Below, one piece after another: positions 54,945 to 64,000 of a stretch of 64,000 bases of DNA. A program made the translations under genes and the position numbers. Source of the stretch: Escherichia phage EI-SP-GF; sequence record OR992645.1; one strand, 5' to 3'. The notes under the pieces were generated by a model that had not been told where the DNA came from, searched no databases, and saw only the letters and a program-made list of their open reading frames with translations. How positions within the stretch are numbered: position 1 is the stretch's first letter; every line of letters starts with the position of its first letter.

Positions 54945-55035
54945 TTTAATTTATACCGATACCCGAAAATTAACCAACAAATCATAAACAGGCGGTTACC
55001 GCCGCCTTAAACGTAGCAGAAAGAGGATAGACACA

Positions 55036-55326
55036 ATGAAAAAGATGATCGCAGTGGTTGCCCTGGTTGTTGGACTTAGTGCGCCTGCAATGGCTAATGA
55101 GCTGGCAAAAGAGGTTAATCTAACGGATATTCATGCCGTCAATCGAATCGGGGTTACTTATCGCTTATGCCTTGCCACTAAAACTTTTAATGACGGTACA
55201 ACAGAGTACTACGGATTCGAGGGTATCCGGTGCGGTGAACTTGCTCGCGACCTTAAGGAAGATCCAGACCTGGAAGATTTGCCGATGACGGTAAACGGTA
55301 AAGCTTACGTAAACCGCCAACAATAA
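55036..55326 (+). CDS. small secreted/periplasmic protein
   Basis: Signal-peptide-like N-terminus MKKMIAVVALVVGLSAPAMA; RBS AAAGAGGATAG. Confidence 0.5.
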   Translation: MKKMIAVVALVVGLSAPAMANELAKEVNLTDIHAVNRIGVTYRLCLATKTFNDGTTEYYGFEGIRCGELARDLKEDPDLEDLPMTVNGKAYVNRQQ

Positions 55327-55342
55327 GTAAGGGCGATGTAAA

Positions 55343-55534
55343 ATGAATACTGAACAAGTTAGAAAGGTATTGGCGGTACTGCGTTATCATAATCATAAAA
55401 AGGTGATAGACGATCCTGATTATGTAGATTCAAGCCTGGAAGAGGACACGCTACAAGCTATAGGCCATATGCAAGAATTGCTTAAACGCATGACAGAGAA
55501 AAACCGACCGGACTACATAGGGGGTAAAATATGA
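55343..55534 (+). CDS. small early-region protein
   Basis: 63-aa ORF. Confidence 0.4.
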   Translation: MNTEQVRKVLAVLRYHNHKKVIDDPDYVDSSLEEDTLQAIGHMQELLKRMTEKNRPDYIGGKI

Positions 55535-55842
55535 TCGCTATTACGCCAACCGTTTTAGATTGGTATCGGCAACGCATAGCGCCTCCACTGGCTATCTTCA
55601 AAGATGCGGAAGCAAAACAACGCCGGATCTCAATACATGAGATCATCAACCTTAACGCTGGAGGCACACCATACCGCCCAGGACCTGGCCGTGAGATGGA
55701 CAATACATTGGCGATCCTGAAGATACGCCGTAAACGGTCCTCCCTTACGCTGGATTCATTACACACAATGCAGTCTCCGTTCCAGGTGACTGGGAAACGG
55801 ATCGCCAGGTCCTGGACAAAGGCCAATGACCGGACCGTATAA
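55531..55842 (+). CDS. small early-region protein
   Basis: 103 aa; ATGA coupling; basic. Confidence 0.4.
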   Translation: MIAITPTVLDWYRQRIAPPLAIFKDAEAKQRRISIHEIINLNAGGTPYRPGPGREMDNTLAILKIRRKRSSLTLDSLHTMQSPFQVTGKRIARSWTKANDRTV

Positions 55843-55976
55843 ATAAAAGTGTTTTGGTACTGATTTTGGGGTTGACTTGTTCGGCCCCTTTTGCTATTCT
55901 TATTAAACGGGCGGCACTTGGGAACAGGTGGAGACAATCACCGGGCCTGCCTGTCATATAAGAACTATAAAAACCG

Positions 55977-56005
55977 TTGACATCTGCCATGGGGTGGGGT
56001 AACAT
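55977..56005 (+). promoter_or_regulatory. sigma70-like promoter
   Basis: TTGACA-17 nt-TAACAT. Confidence 0.45.
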
Positions 56006-56059
56006 TTATCTTGAAGGGGCAAAGGTGCCCACACAACAACCAGAAGAGAGGAAAACACT

Positions 56060-56332
56060 ATGTCAAGCTGGATTAATCAAGAAGTCGAATCACGTTTTAA
56101 TGCTATTTGGGATCTCATCGAAAAAGAAGACGGCACATCAAGCCCCTACCTCAACAATTTGGAATTCCATTTTGTGGAAGCGATGAACGCAGAACATGAT
56201 CACGAAGGTGGTGCGGACGAGTTCGCTAAAGGGTATGGCTTCAACAATGCCAACGAAATGATCGAGGCGGTTGTACTCCAGGCTGAGGAAGATTATCAAT
56301 TAAAAACGCTTGAATTCTGCCGCCGTAAGTAA
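56060..56332 (+). CDS. small acidic early-region protein
   Basis: 90 aa; RBS AGAGAGGAAAAC. Confidence 0.45.
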   Translation: MSSWINQEVESRFNAIWDLIEKEDGTSSPYLNNLEFHFVEAMNAEHDHEGGADEFAKGYGFNNANEMIEAVVLQAEEDYQLKTLEFCRRK

Positions 56333-56392
56333 TAAGATAATGACACGGGCCGGGAGGCCCACTAATCAGAACCGCACAAAGAGGTAAACATC

Positions 56393-56656
56393 ATGAAACG
56401 TCTTGATCAGCTTAAACTAGTTCAGTACATGGCCTACAAAATTCTTGAAGTCCAAAAAGGTAGCAAAAAAGAGGTTTGCGAGAAAGCGTACAAGATCTTT
56501 ACTCGTAAAAAAGACGATTGGATGTTGCGCCAGACTAAAAAGGCTGACATCTTGGGGTACCTGGAAGAAGAGATCCGACTTGAAGAGCAAGAAGAGATCC
56601 GCCGTAGTGAGGCAGATTATCAGGCAGCCTGGGAAAGCTGGATGAATAACAAATAA
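56393..56656 (+). CDS. small early-region protein
   Basis: 87 aa; RBS AAAGAGGTAAAC. Confidence 0.45.
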   Translation: MKRLDQLKLVQYMAYKILEVQKGSKKEVCEKAYKIFTRKKDDWMLRQTKKADILGYLEEEIRLEEQEEIRRSEADYQAAWESWMNNK

Positions 56657-56723
56657 TACAACAGGTTGCATGGTCAGGGGCGATAAAGCCCCTTGATCAC
56701 ATAAAAAATTATGCTATCCCTTG

Positions 56724-56752
56724 TTGACAGGGATCGGCAGTTTTGCTATATT
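56724..56752 (+). promoter_or_regulatory. sigma70-like promoter
   Basis: TTGACA-17 nt-TATATT. Confidence 0.5.
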
Positions 56753-56801
56753 CTTTTTTGAAGGGAAGTTGTAAGAAAATTAACTAAGAGGTAAAAACAC
56801 C

Positions 56802-57221
56802 ATGAACATTAAATCTGATAATCCGGCATATAGCTTTGATAACGCTTTTTGTCACGGTCCGGCGGCGAAAGGATTCGAAATCGATGGTAAACTAGTTATT
56901 GTCAATGTTGACGGGGAAGAGGTTGCAGTATATCCGGTGGCAGACGTTAAAAGCCGTCTACAATGCCGCATCGATGTTACCGCCTACCAGCTTGATCCGG
57001 TCCGGGTAGTTGCCCTGGTCCTGGAAGAAGAAATTAAAGCAATGCACCACAGCAACAAGTTTATTGGTGACGCTCAAGATAATATGAAGGTGTGCCGCCA
57101 TAAAGTTAATGAAGTGCTTAAAGAATATGGCTTTAAAGATCTGATGATCAAACGTGAGGAAAAATTCCGCTACCGTAACGACCTGGCAAATCGGATTTTT
57201 GAAATATACGAATCATTATAA
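56802..57221 (+). CDS. early-region protein (139 aa)
   Basis: RBS TAAGAGGTAAAAAC; last + strand gene before a strong terminator. Confidence 0.5.
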   Translation: MNIKSDNPAYSFDNAFCHGPAAKGFEIDGKLVIVNVDGEEVAVYPVADVKSRLQCRIDVTAYQLDPVRVVALVLEEEIKAMHHSNKFIGDAQDNMKVCRHKVNEVLKEYGFKDLMIKREEKFRYRNDLANRIFEIYESL

Positions 57222-57240
57222 TTTCTTAACTGAATTATCA

Positions 57241-57266
57241 AGGGGCTTAAAGGCCCCTTTCTTTTT
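57241..57266 (+). terminator. Rho-independent terminator ending the rightward early unit
   Basis: AGGGGC-TTAAA-GGCCCCT followed by TTCTTTTT. Confidence 0.6.
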
Positions 57267-57874
57267 GTCTGCTCTTCTCCTACCATAAACGGCCCTACCT
57301 GGCAAGTGGAATAATTGACTAGCCATCAATCCCACACACTGTACAAATATACATGGAAAATAACTATTGCATAATCTTTCATTGTGTGGTAGCAAGGCCA
57401 TTTTTACCCGTTTTCTCTCCCAAAAGTGCACGTAATGCAGCTATTGCACAAATTTTAACCTGATGCATATCTCCAATATCTTGTCAACAACTAAAAATCT
57501 TTATAAGTCATACACTTACACAGCATCGAAAGCGTGTTCTACGCGAAAAATCGAGTATAACTATAGCCGCCAGATCTCAGAATTCACGTACGCACGCCAT
57601 TCTATAGCCTGCAAAGTATTTATTCCAACCACAGAATAACGGAATAGTCAATACCTGCATAAAATAATTATTCGTGTAAACTGCATAACATAAATCAGCT
57701 CAGGTGTCAACATTTTTCGTAAACAGTCCGAAATTATCACGATGAGTTATCATAAACAGAGAAATCTTTAGTCGTCTAATGTTTACTGTACATTACTATA
57801 CTGACTGGAATCATTAGATGACTAAGAAAAAGATAAGAAATAATTAATAATGTAATTGTTTTACCTGTAACAAT

Positions 57875-58053
57875 AAGGCAACTATGCAAACGAATGGCAT
57901 GGCGCGACGGAGTCGCGACATAATATAAAAGCAGTAACCATCACCCCCGTGATGGTTTTTCTGCAATCTATTATTCAGATCATAGTTGCCTTGTATTTAG
58001 TTAATCATGACATAACAAGCAAGGCAACTGTAGATCTTCTAATAGTTGCCCTG
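57875..58053. repeat. alternating-orientation 12-mer repeats (ATAGTTGCCTTG family) plus a duplicated 20-mer
   Basis: ATAGTTGCC(T/C)TG at about 57983 and 58042, reverse complement at about 57875 and 58018; ATGCAAACGAATG(G/T)CATGGC at 57884 and 58142. Confidence 0.55.
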
Positions 58054-58174
58054 CTTTTATATTATGTCATAGATTATTAACTTATTAACTGTCAGCTTGT
58101 TGGCTGTTAGCTTGTCAATTGTTATCTTGTTAATTGTTTTCATGCAAACGAATGTCATGGCTTATCATCTCTGT

Positions 58175-58227
58175 GTAAACAGTTTGGGCGTAAACTATTC
58201 AGGCGTAAACAGTCTATGAGTAAACAG
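58175..58227. repeat. phased iteron array
   Basis: GTAAAC(A/T)(G/A) at 58175, 58190, 58205 and 58220, exactly 15 bp apart; further GTAAACAG copies at about 57719, 58532 and 59273 and inverted at about 58387. Confidence 0.6.
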
Positions 58228-59761
58228 TGAGATATGGAATAGTAACAGCCGTTATTGTGTCATATTGTGCTGCAGTGCGTTATGTTGTGCCATATTGTGT
58301 CACTATTATGTCAGACAAGTTTTTCCTCTCTTTGTCAAGTGCTGCATGAAAAATTTACAAACTGGTATGGTAGCATTTTTGCGGCCCTGTTTACATTCAG
58401 TTGTGTATGTATAACCCTTGTTGTGTGGGCGTTTAGACGTCTGGACGGTCAGAAGTCCGCAGGTTAATATCTAATCTATTGGCTGCTGACTATATCCCAC
58501 ACAAATAGTAAGAAATATAATTGTTATATGCGTAAACAGTAACCCATGTTATCAATCCCTGTATGTATCGCCAGTGGTGCGCATAATGGGTATTATGTTA
58601 AATTGCCCGTAATGATAACCATTCTCACAATGATAGGTATTCTCATTCACTCCCACAAGATAGATTGCAAATGTTGTGCCACTGTGTGAACGGCCTGGCC
58701 TATTAATTTGCCTCACTGCCTCGATATTTGAGAATTATTATAAAAATGAGAAGTATTCCCATTCCGTCCGCCTGGCAGCACTCCAGTCGCTACCGGCTCC
58801 TGACAGGGCAGCACTCCTGTAGGACAAGCACAAAATCGGGGCATAACTGCCTGTTCAGATATTTCTGGCTAACTCTTCAGGCCTGTGTGGGAAAAGCCAA
58901 CCTCTCCGGCGGCGGGGAGGGGTCAATTAAAAAATTTAGGTGGTGTATGAAGCGCTCTTCAGGCAAGGTGTGTATTATGGGATGAAACCCTCTTCAGGTG
59001 ATGATATTTGTGGGTGTGATATTTGCTGGAAAGCCAGATATGACGGGACTCCCGGCGGGGCAGGGGTAGTACAGGCAGGGAAAATGTGAGGATGTGGTGG
59101 GAGTAAATTGATCAGGCAGGTAGGATATGGAATATGTTACAAGTATGTTAAATATGGAGGCAGGATATTTGTAAGATTTGTGTGTAAAATCAAAGACTTA
59201 AGTGGTGTTGTGGTATTTTCTATAAATAATTCAAGTTTAATAGGTAATATTTGTCTCTATCCGCTTTGTGTGGTAAACAGATTCTAATTGAATTGGTTTA
59301 CAAGTGTATATAAAGTATACAAATTAAAGATATAAGAAACCCCCCTCCCCCTTCGGCTACCATTCACCTTTTCCTCTGACTGGTACTTAAACACTTATTC
59401 AGACTCTTCAGGTTATCACCCATATACTATATGGCAGTGACTGGTGTCCTCCGGCCCCTCTTTCGTCACCCGTCCGCTTCGCCATGCTAATGCCATAGCT
59501 AAAGGTTCGGTTGTTCACCCTGTTCACTCAGGTGTATCTCCATACCCCTTCAAACCGAAGAGAACAGAAAACCCGAATTACTCGGTAAAAGAAAAGAGAA
59601 GAACTTAATTTTATCAGGATAGGCAAGAATGTCAAGGGATGACTGCTCACTAAACAAGCAAACAGTCATGTGTGGTAGGTAAGTGATTGTGGTGGTGGAA
59701 AATTTAGTTGAAAGATGTGTTATAGTGCTTCCAGCACTTTAGCCGGGCGGCTAATTGTGTG

Positions 59762-59977
59762 TCAGTCCAGCGGTTCATCCTCCACTTCACTGAAATCAAT
59801 GTTCAGGGTCTCTTCCCAACCATCGATCTCAGCACAAGAGTGAAGTTCTTTAGGGTTTACTCCCAAAGCCTCAGCAACAGAGTCTATATTTAACACCTCT
59901 GGCAGGTATGATTCATCGAATTCAAGGTAAATCAGGCCACGAGTGTTGTCAGCTCCACCAAATATTTCTATCTTCAT
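59762..59977 (-). CDS. small acidic protein
   Basis: 71-aa ORF; its 3' end faces the large non-coding region. Confidence 0.4.
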   Translation of the reverse strand: MKIEIFGGADNTRGLIYLEFDESYLPEVLNIDSVAEALGVNPKELHSCAEIDGWEETLNIDFSEVEDEPLD

Positions 59978-60098
59978 GAAATCTCCTCTGGAAATGAGAG
60001 TGTGAACAGGGTTTTATACGTCCCAATGCACAGGAATTATGCACGTTTGCCTCTTCAGGCCATGCTTTAGCATGAGGAACCTGTGTGGGCTCGGTGCT

Positions 60099-60437
60099 TC
60101 ATAGTCTACCACCTCTGAACTCTTCGTGCTCAGGCATAATAGAGAACCAGATATCTACGATGTCCTCCCACGTCAGGTCATCAGCCTCAGGATCTACCTG
60201 GAGCGAAGATGGAGAATCTTCAGAATCGAAGTTTTCCTCTTTCACTGGCTCAGCCAATGGACATATGGTCACTCCTTCAGATGTCTCTTCAGATGCATGT
60301 GTGTTGATCATGTTCCACCCGTGAGTATTCCGGCAACAGCCGCTATGGACGTAATGATCATCAGGATCACCACTAAAACTTCGGACAATGTTCTCATTGT
60401 GTATTCCATATTCTCCAAACTGTGTGGATACTATCAC
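60099..60437 (-). CDS. hypothetical acidic protein
   Basis: 112-aa ORF. Confidence 0.4.
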   Translation of the reverse strand: MIVSTQFGEYGIHNENIVRSFSGDPDDHYVHSGCCRNTHGWNMINTHASEETSEGVTICPLAEPVKEENFDSEDSPSSLQVDPEADDLTWEDIVDIWFSIMPEHEEFRGGRL

Positions 60438-60669
60438 TGTAGCGGTAATGTGTCAACAGAAACGCCGCGAGGGTTTGGTTAAAATCCGAGCGTATGGTGA
60501 TTTGGGTCAAAACGGACGTGCGTTCTCGCTACGCTCGAAATAGAGAGTTGTTTGTAGGAAGCTCTTAAACGCTTTGTAATGAGATTAACTACCCAAGGTA
60601 TGCAATCGTGCACCAGATAAAGAAAAGGACGCCACAGAGCGTCCTAGGTGTCTTAAATTTGATGTTTTG

Positions 60670-60981
60670 CTATACCCATGAGGGCTTATCAAGGTTGGAG
60701 TAGCTGAAAGGTGTCAAAAGGTGACTGTCAAAATCTCTCAAACTATCCAGATCTTTTTCCTCGTCCTGACACCATCTGTGCCTACATTTATTGTTGTAGT
60801 GCATAGAATGCATAGCGTTCTGCAACTTAACAGGCACAAGCGATTCAGGAGTAGATAGTATTGTTGGGTATGCCAGGACTATCTCAAACAATGGAAACAC
60901 ATCGAAACTGAAGTTTGTTTCTGCAGAGGTTGATGGCATGTAGGAGTATTTAGCCGCCTTTGTAGACATAATCCACCTCAC
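60670..60981 (-). CDS. hypothetical protein
   Basis: 103-aa ORF coupled to the upstream gene. Confidence 0.4.
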   Translation of the reverse strand: MRWIMSTKAAKYSYMPSTSAETNFSFDVFPLFEIVLAYPTILSTPESLVPVKLQNAMHSMHYNNKCRHRWCQDEEKDLDSLRDFDSHLLTPFSYSNLDKPSWV

Positions 60982-61310
60982 ACAGGTTTGATAATACCTT
61001 CACCGAATAACTCTTCGTATCTAATCTTGTCCGGATCCCACTCCTGGATAATTTCGAAGATAATATCCAACCCTGGGATAATCACTTCTCCAGTGTCAAG
61101 CTTAGCAAGAACAAAACCGGAAGGTTGAATGGTTTCCCAGTTACGGCGATCAGAATAAAATACTTCGAAAATATCACCAACCTCAATCCGTTTCTGTTGC
61201 TCAAGATGCTCAAGGTTCTCTTTCATACGGATGCAGCGGATTTTTCGTGCAGGCCATAGACCACCTGCATCACGTTCATTCAATTCTTTTACAGTGATCG
61301 GCATACCCAT
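60978..61310 (-). CDS. hypothetical protein
   Basis: 110-aa ORF. Confidence 0.4.
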   Translation of the reverse strand: MGMPITVKELNERDAGGLWPARKIRCIRMKENLEHLEQQKRIEVGDIFEVFYSDRRNWETIQPSGFVLAKLDTGEVIIPGLDIIFEIIQEWDPDKIRYEELFGEGIIKPV

Positions 61311-61363
61311 CTCAAATCTCCTTCATAGGTAGTAAAAAGAGGGGCTTGGGCCCCTCTTTGTCA

Positions 61364-61669
61364 TTATTCTACAGAGCGTTTGAACAGAATGTCTGCCTCA
61401 GACATGTGCTCAACCTCTTCTTCGATTTTAGCTCGACGTTTTTCAGCCTCATAGCGAATATCGAACTCGGTAGCCACCAGAGATTTGATGAATTTAGGAG
61501 AATACAGGTGATCCTGCTTCTCAACGAGAATGATATCCTTAATGGCATCTTTCAGATCTTTAATCTGAAGTTGGAGTTCCACCAGTTCTTCGATTGTTTT
61601 GCGGAGGCGATCACGCTCTGCAGTGTCAGAAGGAAGAGAGGTGAACAGTTCAACTTTAGATTTAGCCAT
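61364..61669 (-). CDS. hypothetical coiled-coil protein
   Basis: 101 aa; charged heptad-like sequence. Confidence 0.4.
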   Translation of the reverse strand: MAKSKVELFTSLPSDTAERDRLRKTIEELVELQLQIKDLKDAIKDIILVEKQDHLYSPKFIKSLVATEFDIRYEAEKRRAKIEEEVEHMSEADILFKRSVE

Positions 61670-61697
61670 AGTAAGAGTCTCCTTATGTTGTTTTAAA

Positions 61698-61949
61698 TTA
61701 ACGTTCTACAAAAATACCGTTCAGTTCAATAACCAGGAATTTCTGGTCTTCACTATCGTCTCGTGCCAGCACCTCACAGACGTATCGGTCATCTCCATCA
61801 TCATCGCAGTCAAATACAAGACTGAGGACTTTATCATGATAAACCTTCGCCACTACCGCCTCGTAAGTATTGCCGATTGTGAATCCAAGATAATCTCCAA
61901 TGCATTTGACAACAACATGATCGCCAGCATTCAAGTCAATCTTCGTCAT
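61698..61949 (-). CDS. hypothetical protein
   Basis: Start at ATG (MTKIDLNAGD) after AAGGAG RBS; the frame opens upstream at 62015 with no start signal there. Confidence 0.4.
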   Translation of the reverse strand: MTKIDLNAGDHVVVKCIGDYLGFTIGNTYEAVVAKVYHDKVLSLVFDCDDDGDDRYVCEVLARDDSEDQKFLVIELNGIFVER

Positions 61950-62104
61950 TACTGCGCTCCTTGGGTAATAATACTGTATGTAAAACTTTAACCAGAGATG
62001 TGAATAACGCCCCAAAACACACCGATAGCGCTAAAACAGACAAGGCCATCATTAAAGCTTCAGTAAAATCAGTCACTCCTCACCTCTTGTTAGTCACTAT
62101 ACTG

Positions 62105-62368
62105 TCATTTATCCTTGCCGTCAAGAACTTTTTTAAATCTTTCAGGTATATCGCCTGTTCTTAGATAGCTCATGACCTCACAAGGTTCCCATTTGAATTT
62201 CTTGCAAAGCAGGGCGGCTGAGATTGTTTCATTGCGAAAAGAAAGGATATTAATATCCCATTCTGAGAACCCCAACTTCCGAAGGGTAGCTACAGAAATC
62301 CTCACCGCAACCCAGCAGCAAAAACATGCAACAAACGCCACTGCTATAACCCACATCAGGATGTTCAT
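62105..62368 (-). CDS. small membrane protein
   Basis: Hydrophobic N-terminus ILMWVIAVAFVACFCCWVAV. Confidence 0.4.
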   Translation of the reverse strand: MNILMWVIAVAFVACFCCWVAVRISVATLRKLGFSEWDINILSFRNETISAALLCKKFKWEPCEVMSYLRTGDIPERFKKVLDGKDK

Positions 62369-62457
62369 ACAAGCACCTCACTGAAATACAAGACACAGTG
62401 TTAAGGTTGCAGACCAGCAAATAATTAACAGTGCCGTTGCAACCTTGGCAAGATTTA

Positions 62458-62745
62458 TCATAGTGCCTCTAAGATTTCATACCCTTCGGGTCGGAATACA
62501 AGCCACTCCGTGGATCCGTTTGGTCGATACGCTTTATACAGAACAACCTGATCTCGGCACATGCACATAGCTACATAGTTTTCATCCACACCTGCAGCCT
62601 GCATTGCATCTTCTTCTCCGGTAACTGCTTTGCTTACAACCTCCTTAGTAGGCAGGTGTGCGATCAGCTCGTCACCATCATTAATTCCAAAATGGCTGAG
62701 TTCTCCACTGGTATCTTTAATCTTGATCTTAACCAAATCCTTCAT
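62458..62745 (-). CDS. hypothetical protein
   Basis: 95-aa ORF. Confidence 0.4.
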   Translation of the reverse strand: MKDLVKIKIKDTSGELSHFGINDGDELIAHLPTKEVVSKAVTGEEDAMQAAGVDENYVAMCMCRDQVVLYKAYRPNGSTEWLVFRPEGYEILEAL

Positions 62746-63074
62746 TAGTCTTCCCCCAAGTTCAAAGGTCCTAAGATTTCATATGCCAGATTAGAAGTTA
62801 CCAGGGGATCTTCTGCATCTTTAGTATTATACCACCCGTGAATAACCAGAGTCCCACTTTGCTTCATGTCTAACTGGAACTGTTCTGCCGTTTCCTCATC
62901 CATCTCCAAGATCTCCATGAGGTATTTGATGTTAGGAAGGTATGCAGCTGTTACAGTCCCCTCTACCAGGCCTTCAGGCCAACCTACATCCGGATGACAA
63001 GTAGGGACCAGAGAGGTCAGCTTGATAGTGTATGCTTTTTCTGCACGAGCCTTCAGTAACGGATCAATTTTCAT
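62745..63074 (-). CDS. hypothetical protein
   Basis: 109-aa ORF coupled to neighbours. Confidence 0.4.
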   Translation of the reverse strand: MKIDPLLKARAEKAYTIKLTSLVPTCHPDVGWPEGLVEGTVTAAYLPNIKYLMEILEMDEETAEQFQLDMKQSGTLVIHGWYNTKDAEDPLVTSNLAYEILGPLNLGED

Positions 63075-63424
63075 TATTCTTCCTCCTCTTCGGTGCCTGC
63101 TTCCAGTAGTAAGTTAAGAACATCTTCAGCAGAAGGTTCGTAGAACTCTTGGCCTTCGTTGTCGATGATACGATAGTCATCACCACGAATAATTAGAGGA
63201 TCGTCATCAAAACCTTCAAGACCTTTAACAACGACAACACGGTCGATTGCCATCATTGTAAGAACTTTATCAACATCTTCCTCTGCTACACCATACTGCA
63301 GCAGAATGTCTTTGGTAGGAGGGACAGCATCCACCACAACACCGTTACCAAAACCTTCCGGAAGTTTAGCTAAAATATCTTCCGGAACCACATTCATATC
63401 AAAACCTGTGATCTCTACTTTCAT
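63074..63424 (-). CDS. hypothetical acidic protein
   Basis: 116-aa ORF. Confidence 0.4.
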   Translation of the reverse strand: MKVEITGFDMNVVPEDILAKLPEGFGNGVVVDAVPPTKDILLQYGVAEEDVDKVLTMMAIDRVVVVKGLEGFDDDPLIIRGDDYRIIDNEGQEFYEPSAEDVLNLLLEAGTEEEEE

Positions 63425-63685
63425 TTACAGAACCTCTTCGTCAACTACTTCATAAAAATGGCTTGGGATTGCAATGGCGTTCTCGCCTTCACCTAAGAAC
63501 ACTGTCCCACTAACGATTAACATTAGAAGAACGTCTGCGATACCTTCCTCTGGGACGTTGCCAAAACCTTTAATCAGCTCGTAGGTTGGAAGATTTACCT
63601 CTAAGATGTCACCATCCTTAGAACGGAAATCAACACCGTCCTGAATCTCTGCCGTTTCAAGGTTTTTCAATTTAATCTTCATCAA
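63425..63685 (-). CDS. hypothetical protein
   Basis: 86-aa ORF. Confidence 0.4.
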   Translation of the reverse strand: MMKIKLKNLETAEIQDGVDFRSKDGDILEVNLPTYELIKGFGNVPEEGIADVLLMLIVSGTVFLGEGENAIAIPSHFYEVVDEEVL

Positions 63686-63761
63686 TCAGTCTCCTGTCTT
63701 GTTAAGATGAAGGTATTATTGCACACAGGGTTGGTGTTGTCAACACCTGTGTGTCATAAAA

Positions 63762-64000
63762 TTACTGAAACAGTGCAGATAAATTACCTTCTGGTGGGAA
63801 CTTATCTGCCAGGAATGGGGTTAGAACAGTGGCCTTCTGAAGATCAGGGGTCCACTCATTGTTCAGAACATCCCAGTAGTACGCAATGTTGCTGTGTGGG
63901 TGACGCATTACGAACTTTTTCCCTTCGTAGCCATCTGAAACCTCTACAGAAGAAATAACAACAGAATCTTCAAGGGTTTCTTCATAGAAAGATCCGCCTT
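63762..64000 (-). CDS. hypothetical protein (partial; 5' end beyond the window)
   Basis: Hand-translated minus-strand frame open from the window edge to a stop at about 63762; preferred over the + strand ORF 63707-63958 because it matches the orientation of its neighbours. Confidence 0.3.
   Translation of the reverse strand, partial: GGSFYEETLEDSVVISSVEVSDGYEGKKFVMRHPHSNIAYYWDVLNNEWTPDLQKATVLTPFLADKFPPEGNLSALFQ

Noticed and set aside
58255-58985. ORFs 58255-58467 and 58728-58985 inside the large repeat region
   Set aside because: No RBS or promoter context; compositions dominated by the repeats (Cys/Val-rich); more likely non-coding.
63707-63958. Plus-strand ORF 63707-63958
   Set aside because: Opposite in orientation to all neighbouring genes and overlaps a minus-strand frame that runs to the window edge; the minus-strand reading was preferred.
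1-64000. tRNA genes
   Set aside because: Scanning non-coding stretches by eye found no GGTTCGAATCC-type T-arm or cloverleaf candidates; a dedicated tRNA search is needed to be certain.

Overview
The window reads as a contiguous 64-kb piece of a large virulent tailed dsDNA phage genome. The host is probably Gram-negative/enterobacterial: promoters are sigma70-type (TTGACA-N16-18-TATACT), RBSs are AGGAG-like, and one protein carries an E. coli SSB-like DDIPF motif. I found no integrase, repressor, tRNA or CRISPR array by eye. All calls come from reading the sequence and from remembered family motifs; no database search was possible. Layout: (1) 1-13.7 kb, + strand: tail/tail-fibre module with two paralogous fibre genes, a 581-aa fibre/spike-like protein and a 1,600-aa Ig-domain protein. 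(2) 13.7-20.4 kb, - strand: accessory module with a HAD phosphatase, Cys-rich proteins and a vWA/metallopeptidase protein. (3) 20.5-45.7 kb, + strand: replication/host-interaction module with MoxR-like AAA+ ATPase, secreted SleB-like hydrolase, rIIA/rIIB-like pair, Dda/Pif1-like helicase, C5-methyltransferase-like protein, primase-helicase, family-A DNA polymerase, a tandem family of small paralogous proteins, SSB-like protein, HNH-like protein and a TARG1-like macro-domain protein. (4) 45.7-46.9 kb: repeat-rich non-coding region. (5) 46.9-57.2 kb, + strand: about 27 small genes, nearly each with its own sigma70 promoter and a conserved leader. (6) 57.3-59.8 kb: 2.5-kb repeat-dense non-coding region with phased iterons, where transcription converges. 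(7) 59.8-64 kb, - strand: small genes. The most interesting candidates are the two repeat-dense non-coding regions, the promoter-per-gene small-gene island with its recurring palindromic promoter element, the tandem small-protein family, the macro-domain protein and the MoxR/vWA pair.
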